From positions 388 through 64,387 of the forward strand of contig DASXRR010000329.1 in assembly GCA_036506475.1 (NCBI GenBank): a stretch of 64,000 nt of DNA, in the 5' to 3' direction. Made by a program: the position numbers and the translations under genes. The notes under the pieces are model-generated. The model was not told where the DNA came from. It searched no databases and saw only the letters and a program-made list of their open reading frames with translations. Shown one piece after another: positions 56,968 to 64,000 of the stretch. This stretch comes from Chloroflexota bacterium (GTDB taxonomy: Bacteria > Chloroflexota > UBA6077 > CF-72). Positions within the stretch are counted from its first letter, which is position 1. Every line of letters starts with the position of its first letter.

Positions 56968-57937
56968 ACCGTGCTGACGTCGGCGCACAGAGTGACGCCA
57001 CCAGACAGCCAAAACAGCGCGGGAGAAGTCCCGTCGCCTGGCTCGGTACGGGTTCGGCGTCGATCTGGATGTTTTCCTCAGCCGGCGAATCATGTCCTGG
57101 CTGGGTCGGCGCGCGCGGTGGTTCGGGCGGTCCGGAGTCGCATAATCCGATACGAGTACTGACATGCTCCAGCTCGGCGCACAGCTCCAACACGAACCGA
57201 TCGCCGTCGAAGTTCAGCACCTCGCAATCACTTCGAATACGATCGACGCCGCGGGGCACCATGCGTAGTATTTCGTCGCGCGTCTCGATCAACGCGCGGC
57301 GACGCGCAGGCGACAATGCCGGGACACGCCGGCTGAGATAGCGCACCGCGAAGGCCTGGTGGCGCGATTCGTCCTGCAAGATGCGCGTGGCAAGTTGACC
57401 AAACAGCGCCTGGCGCTGGCTGCGCGCAAACGATTGGTAAAAGAGCCTGGCGAAGAGGTCGCTGATGAGGATGCCCCAGGTCCAGTCGATGCGATCGCCG
57501 CGCCGCAATCGATGGTGGAAGCGCAGCATTTCAGGCATCGCGCGGATGCTGAGCGGATCGTGCCCGAGGTGCTGATAGAGTCGGGTCAGGGCCTCGAAGT
57601 GGCGCGCCTCATCCATGATGAAGGCAGCCACATAGAGTTGCGCGCTCGATTCGCCAGCTTCCATGAGTTGGGTGAGCACGCGCCCGGCGCCCAGCATGGC
57701 GGTCTGCTCGCCCAGGTAGACCGGGGTCAGCAGGTGTGCGAGCGCCTCCGCCTGGCGCGCCGACAACTGCAGCGGCACCGTCCAGTTGACGTCGCGGGAG
57801 GTCCAGCCCGCGTGGGCCGACTTGTGAAACAACTCGAGGAACAGGTCGTCGTCGAAGTCGGGGAGTATGCGGATGATGCCGCGGAACCCCGGCGGTGACT
57901 GCGCAGGACTTGCTGCGGGCATACGCCTCCCCGACAT
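56951..57937 (-). CDS. Ferritin-like di-iron (AurF/desaturase-like four-helix-bundle) oxygenase candidate
   Basis: Two ExxH motifs ~90 residues apart (FIMDEARHFEAL and ILQDESRHQAFA), plus a candidate ligand Glu in …VYLGEQTAML…. Confidence 0.6.
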   Translation of the reverse strand: MSGRRMPAASPAQSPPGFRGIIRILPDFDDDLFLELFHKSAHAGWTSRDVNWTVPLQLSARQAEALAHLLTPVYLGEQTAMLGAGRVLTQLMEAGESSAQLYVAAFIMDEARHFEALTRLYQHLGHDPLSIRAMPEMLRFHHRLRRGDRIDWTWGILISDLFARLFYQSFARSQRQALFGQLATRILQDESRHQAFAVRYLSRRVPALSPARRRALIETRDEILRMVPRGVDRIRSDCEVLNFDGDRFVLELCAELEHVSTRIGLCDSGPPEPPRAPTQPGHDSPAEENIQIDAEPVPSQATGLLPRCFGCLVASLCAPTSARYALAT

Positions 57938-58044
57938 TGAGCGAAGTAGGTGCCGAGCCTACCACCGCGACTCGCCAGCATGATAGCCATTGCCAGCAGC
58001 GGAGTATCCTGCCTGCGCGACACGACAGTGTCCGGGGAGGAGAC

Positions 58045-58665
58045 GTGCACACGCGGAGCCTCATCCGAGCGTCAGCTACGGCGCTGGTGGCCGGCGGCGT
58101 GAGCCTCGGGCTGTTCGTCCTGGTCTTATACCCGGTGGGTGGCTTCTTCGGCGCCGAGCACGCGCGCCATCCGGCGTGGATACCCGCGCACACCCTGCAC
58201 TTCATAGGCGCCCTCCTGACGCTCGTCGGCCTGATCGGCCTGTACGCCTACACTGCGAACAACCTGGGCCGACTCGGCACCATCGGCCTGGTGCTCGCGG
58301 TCTGCGGGACGGCTCAGTTCGTGGGCACCGGCATGCTGACGGCATTCGTCTGGCCGGTGCTGGCCAGTGCCGCGCCAGACACAATCGCACCAGGCGGAGC
58401 GCTCTTCACATCGCCGGCGAACACCCTGTTCTACACCACCGTGCTGACGCTGATCCCCGGCTACGTCGTGTTAGCGGTTGCACTCGCCCGCGCCCGCATC
58501 CTCACGCGCGCCGCCGCCGTGCTGCTGGCTATTGGCGTCGTCCTGGCCATCACGCCTCCCGAACCCGTCGGTCCCGTCCCCTGGCTAGGACTGGTCATTG
58601 GCGGCGTCCTGTTCGCCGCCGGCGAAGTCTGGCTTGGCTATCGGCTCTGGTCGCTCGCGAAATGA
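58045..58665 (+). CDS. Hypothetical polytopic membrane protein
   Basis: GGGGAGGAG before the GTG at 58045. ~6 hydrophobic helices. No family recognised. Confidence 0.55.
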   Translation: MHTRSLIRASATALVAGGVSLGLFVLVLYPVGGFFGAEHARHPAWIPAHTLHFIGALLTLVGLIGLYAYTANNLGRLGTIGLVLAVCGTAQFVGTGMLTAFVWPVLASAAPDTIAPGGALFTSPANTLFYTTVLTLIPGYVVLAVALARARILTRAAAVLLAIGVVLAITPPEPVGPVPWLGLVIGGVLFAAGEVWLGYRLWSLAK

Positions 58666-59462
58666 GTCAACTGACGCACGCGTCGGTCAGTCGCCAGCAG
58701 AAGGTGTTCTATGCCGCCGTTGGCCTGCTCGCGGCATGGGTAGGCGCCTGGGGCCTCGTCGCACCTGCCTACGTCGACTGGGCGCTGCCGTGGATCGTGC
58801 CACCACTCCATGCTCGCTTCCTGGGCGCGATGTACGTCTCGGGCGCCACCTTCATGCTCGGCGCAATCCTTGCACGACACTGGTCAGCAATCCGCGTGAT
58901 CGTGCCCATGATCAGCATCTGGACCGGCACCTTGCTACTGGTCTCACTGCTGTACCTGCCAGCGTTCGACTTCACGCATCACCAGGTCTGGATCTGGTTC
59001 GCCGCGTACCTGATTTATCCCGTCATCGCCGCGATCATCGCCTGGCGCAAGCGCACCAGCGCCGACCACGGAACCGGCCCCGCCGTGCCTCAGGCATTGA
59101 AGCAGTACCTTTTGGCCCAGGGCGTCCTGGTCACCCTGCTAGCGCTGGTCCTCCTGTTCCTGCCGCAAGTCGGCGCATCACTCTGGCCCTGGCCAATCAC
59201 GCCGCTCCTCACGCAGCTCTACGGCGCCCCTTTCCTGGCCTACGGCCTGGGCAGCCTGTACGCCACCCGGCAAGCCGCCAAATCGGATCTCACCCTGTTC
59301 CTACTCGGCACCGCCGTCTTCACTGCCACGGTCCTCGCCGCCTCGATCATCCACCTGGCGCTCTTCTCCTTCAACGCCCCTGCAAGTTGGCTCTGGTTCG
59401 CCGGCTTCGGCCTGGCCACGCTGATCCTCGTGCTCAGTGCTGGTCACAGCCTCAGGACGTAA
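58662..59462 (+). CDS. Hypothetical polytopic membrane protein
   Basis: ATGA overlap with the upstream gene. ~8 hydrophobic helices. No family recognised. Confidence 0.6.
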   Translation: MSQLTHASVSRQQKVFYAAVGLLAAWVGAWGLVAPAYVDWALPWIVPPLHARFLGAMYVSGATFMLGAILARHWSAIRVIVPMISIWTGTLLLVSLLYLPAFDFTHHQVWIWFAAYLIYPVIAAIIAWRKRTSADHGTGPAVPQALKQYLLAQGVLVTLLALVLLFLPQVGASLWPWPITPLLTQLYGAPFLAYGLGSLYATRQAAKSDLTLFLLGTAVFTATVLAASIIHLALFSFNAPASWLWFAGFGLATLILVLSAGHSLRT

Positions 59463-59624
59463 GAAACTCGGCGACGCGCCGCGACGGCGCCAGCAGTTGG
59501 TTGCTGGCCGTCCACAGGCCGAAGCCCAAGCCTACGAGTGCCAGGATGGGGATGCGTGCTGCGAGCGCGAGTAAGATGCGCTTCACACCTTGTCTACGAA
59601 GTGGCCGGGGCCAAATCGACAACG

Positions 59625-60422
59625 ATGCCCGATGACGACCTGACGAAGTTTGCTGCGCACGGTGCTGCGCCGTTGCCAACCGACGGCGAGCCGGGTGTTG
59701 TCGAGCACGATGGGGCTCGGATCTGGTACGCCGCATATGGCGACGGATCGCCGGTCTTTCTGCTGCACGGCGGCATGGGCCACAGCGGCAATTGGGGGTA
59801 TCAGGTGCCCGCGCTGGTCGAGTCTGGCTATCGCACGGTAGTCGTCGATAGCCGCGGCCACGGCCGCAGCACGCGCGACGCTCGGCCGTATACGTACGAG
59901 TTGATGGCCTCGGACACGCTGGCGGTAATGGACGCGTTGAACGTGGACAGGGCCACGGTTGTGGGTTGGAGTGACGGCGCGTGCACTGGCTTGATTCTGG
60001 CCATGCACGCTCCAGAACGAGTTTCAGGCGTGTTGTTCTTTGGCTGCAACATGGATCCGAGCGGCGTCAAACCGTTTGAATCAAGTCCGATCATCAACCG
60101 CTGCTGGAGCCGCCATGTCGAAGACTATGGCCAGCTGTCGTCCACGCCTGACCAATTCAGTGAGTTTGCCGATGCGGTCGGACTGATGCAGCGGACGCAG
60201 CCGAATGCCTCCGTCCAGGATTTGGCCGAAATCCGCGTACCAGTAACCATCGTGCACAGCGAGCACGATGAATTCATCAAACGTGAACATGCGGAGTATC
60301 TTGCGCGCAGCATCCCTGGCGCCGAAATGGTCATTCTATCCGGAGTAAGTCACTTCGCTCCGCTGCAAAGACCTGCGCAGTTCAACGCCGCCGTGCTCGC
60401 GTTTCTACGCCGGATTGGCTGA
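59625..60422 (+). CDS. Alpha/beta hydrolase
   Basis: …PVFLLHGGMGHSGNW…, nucleophile elbow …VVGWSDGACTG…, C-terminal …SGVSHFAPLQRP…. Confidence 0.85.
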   Translation: MPDDDLTKFAAHGAAPLPTDGEPGVVEHDGARIWYAAYGDGSPVFLLHGGMGHSGNWGYQVPALVESGYRTVVVDSRGHGRSTRDARPYTYELMASDTLAVMDALNVDRATVVGWSDGACTGLILAMHAPERVSGVLFFGCNMDPSGVKPFESSPIINRCWSRHVEDYGQLSSTPDQFSEFADAVGLMQRTQPNASVQDLAEIRVPVTIVHSEHDEFIKREHAEYLARSIPGAEMVILSGVSHFAPLQRPAQFNAAVLAFLRRIG

Positions 60423-60558
60423 GCCGACGCGCTGAGCCACGCACGGCCGGGCGTGCTCCGCGGGTGACGGCCAGGTCTGGCACAATAGCGCCGTCATGCC
60501 CGGCGGTGCACACCGAGCCGAAGATCCTGTCGGTATCGGGTGACCGAGGCCGTGCCGC

Positions 60559-61263
60559 ATGGACCTTGTCTGGCAGGCGATTGGCGATGCGGTCATGCTC
60601 GTCGTGCGCGGCGACGCCGAGCTGGTGCGCATTGCCAGTCTGTCATTGCTCGTGTCCGGAGCGGCTACCTTGCTCGCCGCGGCATTGGGCATCCCGCTGG
60701 GCATCGCGCTACACGTTGGCCGCTTTCCCGGGCGCGCCACCGCGGCTGTGGTGGTGAACGCCGGCATGGCCCTACCGCCGGTGGTCGTTGGCTTGCTGGT
60801 CATGCTCGTGCTGTGGCGCACTGGACCGCTCGGCTCTTTGGCCTTGCTGTTTACGCCAGCGGCGATGGTCATCGCGCAGGTCATCGTCGCCGTGCCGTTG
60901 ATCGCCGGGTTTACTCGCGCGGCGATCAGTCTGCTCGAGCCCGACCTGGTGTTGGCTATGCGGGCCGACGGAGCCGCTGAAGGCCGCATCGGCGTGGAGC
61001 TCGCGCGGGCGGCGCTGGCTCAGGTGCTGGTCGCGGTCGCGGCGGGATTTGGGCGCGCGATCAGCGAGGTTGGCGCGAGCATGATGGTCGGCGGCAACAT
61101 CGTCGGGCAAACACGGATTCTGACGACGGCGATTGCACTCGAATCGGGGCGTGGCGAGTTCGCACTCGCACTCGCGCTCGGGTTCATTCTGCTGCTGCTG
61201 GCGCTGGGCGTGAACGCGCTGCTTGGCCTGGTGGCGCAACCAACCCGGCTGGCACTGGGTTAG
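60559..61263 (+). CDS. ABC transporter permease (tungstate/TupB-like)
   Basis: Five- to six-TM small permease with …MRADGAAEGRIGVELAR… and …ISEVGASMMVGGNI…. Sits beside a TupA-like binding protein. Confidence 0.65.
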   Translation: MDLVWQAIGDAVMLVVRGDAELVRIASLSLLVSGAATLLAAALGIPLGIALHVGRFPGRATAAVVVNAGMALPPVVVGLLVMLVLWRTGPLGSLALLFTPAAMVIAQVIVAVPLIAGFTRAAISLLEPDLVLAMRADGAAEGRIGVELARAALAQVLVAVAAGFGRAISEVGASMMVGGNIVGQTRILTTAIALESGRGEFALALALGFILLLLALGVNALLGLVAQPTRLALG

Positions 61264-62165
61264 AGTCCGACCTCGGCTTCGGACTTGCCCGCGTCCGGAA
61301 CGAACAACGCTTCACCGTACTTGTCTGTGCCGAACGCGGCGATCAGTTGCTGTGTTTCCGCGGCGACCATGAAGTCCGCGAATGCCTTGCCACCGGCAGC
61401 ATTGATGGGCGCGTTCGGAAACTTGGTCGGACTCACCGGCATGACGTGGTACACGTTCAGCAGCACCGGATCGCGCTCGACCATGATCGGGAGCTGGATG
61501 CGGCCGCTGAACGACAAGAACGTGGCGCGATCGGCGATCGTGTACGCCTGGCGCTGATCGGCAATCGTGAGTGTTTGGCCCATGCCGGTGCCGCTCTCGA
61601 TGTACCAGGGTTGACCCTTTGGCGTGATGTTGTCCTTCTGCCACAGGCTCAGCTCGAGCTGTTGCGTGCCGGAGTTGTCACCTCGTGACACGAAGGGCGC
61701 TTTTGCGTCGGCGATCTTCTTCAGCGCTGTCAGCGCGTCCGTTTCGCCTTTGATCTTCGCGGGATCCGTGGGCGGTCCGACGATGAGAAAATCGTTGTGC
61801 ATGACCAGTCGCCGCTCGGTGCCATTGCCTTGCTGCATCCATTGCACTTCGCTGGCCGGCGCGTGGACCAGCACGACGTCGGCTTCGCCACGCGCACCTA
61901 ACGCCAGTGCCGCGCCGGTGCCAACGCTGATGGTCTTGACCTGGTAGCCGGTCTGCTGCTGAAAGAGTGGCACCAACACGTCGAGTAAGCCGCTGTCCTG
62001 GGTGCTCGTGGTCGTCGCCAGGATCAGCTCATTGCTTGTGCGGGGTACGGGCGTGGGCTGGGGCGGGGTGGTCGGCACAGGAGGCGCCGACCGCGCGCAG
62101 CCGTTAAGAAGGACGAGCAGCGCGACGGCGGCAAGAAGTGAGCGGGCGCGGGCCCTCATCGGCAT
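61260..62165 (-). CDS. Tungstate/molybdate-type periplasmic binding lipoprotein (TupA-like, PBP_like_2)
   Basis: Lipobox …LLVLLNGC. …LILATTTSTQDSGLLDVLVPLFQQQTGYQVKTISVGTGAALALGARGEADVVLVHAP…. Start taken at 62165 (MPMRARARS…). Confidence 0.75.
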   Translation of the reverse strand: MPMRARARSLLAAVALLVLLNGCARSAPPVPTTPPQPTPVPRTSNELILATTTSTQDSGLLDVLVPLFQQQTGYQVKTISVGTGAALALGARGEADVVLVHAPASEVQWMQQGNGTERRLVMHNDFLIVGPPTDPAKIKGETDALTALKKIADAKAPFVSRGDNSGTQQLELSLWQKDNITPKGQPWYIESGTGMGQTLTIADQRQAYTIADRATFLSFSGRIQLPIMVERDPVLLNVYHVMPVSPTKFPNAPINAAGGKAFADFMVAAETQQLIAAFGTDKYGEALFVPDAGKSEAEVGL

Positions 62166-62227
62166 AGCGTAGACGCCGAAGACCAGCGCCATTTTTCAGC
62201 GACGGCATCGTATCGTCTGTAGAGCCC

Positions 62228-63283
62228 ATGAAGATCGTGAGCTACGACGTCCAGCCCGTGCGCGTGACCTACGAGGATTCGGTCACTGGTACCCACGTTG
62301 TGCTGCGCCTGCGGACCGACGACGGGATCGAGGGCGTGAGCTTCGTCAGTCGCATTGGCAGTTCGACTATCGAGCCACTGGCGATGCTGATCCGCGGCGC
62401 CGCACACCAGGTGGTCGGCGAGAACCCGATGAATGGCGAGGCGCTCTACGCCCGGGTGTTCCGCGCCGTCTTCGGCGGCCTGCCGAGCGGGCTCGAAGCG
62501 CGCGCGGCTAGCGCGATCGACGCCGCGGCCTGGGACATTCGCGGCAAGGCGCTGGGTCAGCCCGTGTGGCGGCTGATGGGCGGCTTTCGCGATCGCGTGC
62601 CGGTGTCGGCGAACTGGGGCGTGCAGAATGGGCCCGACCGTGACACCCTGGAGCGGCGTGCGCACGAGTTGATCAACCGTGGCTATCGAGCGCTCAAGTT
62701 CCAGCTTGGCTTTCTCGAGCGCGATGTGGCGCTCGCGCACATGCGGCTCATGCGCGAGATCGTCGGCCGCGACATACGCCTGATCGTGGACGCGAACCAG
62801 CAGTGGACAGCCAAGCACGCCATTGCCATGGGCGCTGCGCTGGCGGAGTACGACCCGTACTGGATCGAGGATCCGGTGCCTGCCCACGACTACGCCGGAC
62901 TGCGCCAGGTCACCACTGCGCTCGAGACACGGATCTGTGCCGGCGAGGTGTATCAGAACGTACCGCAGTTCAGACGCCTGCTCGAGGAACGCGCGGCCGA
63001 CCAGGTCATGATCGACCTCGATCTTGGGCTGACCGGCTTCCTCAAGGTTGCGCACCTGGCAGAGGCGTACGGCTTGCCGGTCGTCAACCACCTCGCGACG
63101 GAGATCCTGGCGCACGGCGTGGCCGCGGTCCCGAATGGGCTGATTATCGGCTTCTACCCGTGGGCGCAGCCGTTGTTCACCAGCCCGGCGCGCATTGAGG
63201 ACGGGAATCTGTGCCTGCCGGACACACCCGGGCTCGGCCTCGAGCTTGACGAGGAGGCCATGCGCCACTTCGCGCTCGACTAG
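62228..63283 (+). CDS. Enolase-superfamily enzyme (mandelate racemase/muconate-lactonizing family, probable sugar-acid dehydratase)
   Basis: …GYRALKFQLG…IVDANQQW…YWIEDP…CAGE… metal-ligand spacing. Confidence 0.85.
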   Translation: MKIVSYDVQPVRVTYEDSVTGTHVVLRLRTDDGIEGVSFVSRIGSSTIEPLAMLIRGAAHQVVGENPMNGEALYARVFRAVFGGLPSGLEARAASAIDAAAWDIRGKALGQPVWRLMGGFRDRVPVSANWGVQNGPDRDTLERRAHELINRGYRALKFQLGFLERDVALAHMRLMREIVGRDIRLIVDANQQWTAKHAIAMGAALAEYDPYWIEDPVPAHDYAGLRQVTTALETRICAGEVYQNVPQFRRLLEERAADQVMIDLDLGLTGFLKVAHLAEAYGLPVVNHLATEILAHGVAAVPNGLIIGFYPWAQPLFTSPARIEDGNLCLPDTPGLGLELDEEAMRHFALD

Positions 63284-64000
63284 GCCTTCGAGCTGCGCCA
63301 GGCCTCGTATTCTGGCCGCGCGGCTTCGCTGAGGGGGTAATAGCGGCGCAGGTCGCCGCCTTCAGAGAGGCGCACGCGACTGAATTCCTCCCACTCCACG
63401 TGTTCGCTTGCTTTCTGCGCGAGCTGCGGCGCCAGAGCGATCGGCACCACGACGGCGCCGTCGTCGTCGGCGACGATCAGATCGCCGGGCATGACCGTGA
63501 CGCCGCCGCACGCGATGGGTACGTTCACGGCGAACGGGAAGAGGTTGGTCTGGGTATGAAAGTTGGGTGTGACGCCGCACAGCCACAGGCCCAGGCCGAG
63601 GGTCTTGACCTCGCCGAAGTCGCGGATGGCCCCGTCGATGACCACGCCCAGGCCGCCGCGGCCGCGGAAGTAGGTCATCATCATCGCACCGAACACGCCA
63701 CTGGACAGGTCGCCGCGGGCGTCGACCACGACGATGTCGCCCGGCTGGGTGTGGTACAGCACGTGGCGGTGCAGCTGCACCTCCGGATCGACGTACTCCG
63801 CATTCGCCGGGTACAGGTCTTCGCGCAGCGGCATGAACTGCAAGGTCAGCGCGGGCCCGACAATGGATGCGCCCGGAGTCATCGCCAATGGCCCCTGGAT
63901 GAACGCGTTGCGGATGCCCAACCGCTTCAGCTCGCCACTGGCGGTCGCGCTGCCGATGGGCTGCAAGGATTCGACGAGCGATGGCTCGGGTCGGGTGATG
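63280..64000 (-). CDS. RraA family protein (HMG/CHA aldolase-like); 5' end probably beyond the window
   Basis: …GDIVVVDARGDLSSGVFGAMMMTYFRGRGGLGVVIDGAIRD…. The frame stays open upstream of the TTG at 63966 to the window edge. Confidence 0.8.
   Translation of the reverse strand, partial: ITRPEPSLVESLQPIGSATASGELKRLGIRNAFIQGPLAMTPGASIVGPALTLQFMPLREDLYPANAEYVDPEVQLHRHVLYHTQPGDIVVVDARGDLSSGVFGAMMMTYFRGRGGLGVVIDGAIRDFGEVKTLGLGLWLCGVTPNFHTQTNLFPFAVNVPIACGGVTVMPGDLIVADDDGAVVVPIALAPQLAQKASEHVEWEEFSRVRLSEGGDLRRYYPLSEAARPEYEAWRSSKA

Overview
High-GC bacterial chromosomal segment (about two-thirds G+C by eye), densely coding on both strands. I found no rRNA, tRNA, CRISPR array, transposase, integrase or phage gene. 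All family calls come from motif recognition in the supplied translations. No homology search was run.

The gene content suggests a Chloroflexota-like (Thermomicrobia or Ktedonobacteria type) or Actinomycetota-like aerobic heterotroph; I cannot decide between them. Supporting traits are lipoprotein solute-binding proteins with Ala/Pro/Thr-rich linkers, LLM and PPOX (F420-type) enzymes, XRE-HTH/NB-ARC/TPR regulators and a DUF5317-GGDEF pair.

Most of the window is accessory metabolism:
- Three ATPase-less CUT1 sugar ABC loci (6.7-10.0 kb, 22.7-25.8 kb, 41.5-44.6 kb).
- A tightly coupled FucU mutarotase / 2-hydroxyacid dehydrogenase / HpcH aldolase trio.
- An oxygenase island (intradiol dioxygenase, LLM monooxygenase, Rieske oxygenase, acyl-CoA dehydrogenase) next to an 843-aa XRE-ATPase-TPR-LuxR regulator.
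- An Hsp20 gene followed by a sigma-70 family gene.
- Divergently duplicated M81/MlrC peptidases with a class-III aminotransferase.
- A tungstate-type binding protein and permease.
- Several SDRs and hydrolases.

The loci most worth follow-up are:
1. A translationally coupled minus-strand operon at 54.8-57.9 kb: ferritin-like di-iron protein, divergent HMG-CoA-reductase-family enzyme, then a Delta9-type membrane desaturase. There is no mevalonate-pathway context, so this is a candidate novel lipid, fatty-alcohol, diol or hydrocarbon module.
2. An orphan 814-aa DUF4157 (HExxH) protein at 35.0-37.4 kb with a possible PD-(D/E)xK-like core. It is toxin-like, but no injection system or immunity gene is visible.
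3. The most AT-rich spot in the window, near 49.3 kb. It is flanked by divergent zinc-ribbon paralogs that share an upstream 12-nt motif. One paralog is ATGA-coupled to a 54-aa ORF and sits upstream of an 804-aa STAND ATPase. The other is followed by a 25-aa lysine-rich micro-ORF with a perfect Shine-Dalgarno sequence.

There are also gene remnants (12.2-13.6 kb, 50.06-50.47 kb, 59.45-59.59 kb) and a dispersed REP-like repeat.
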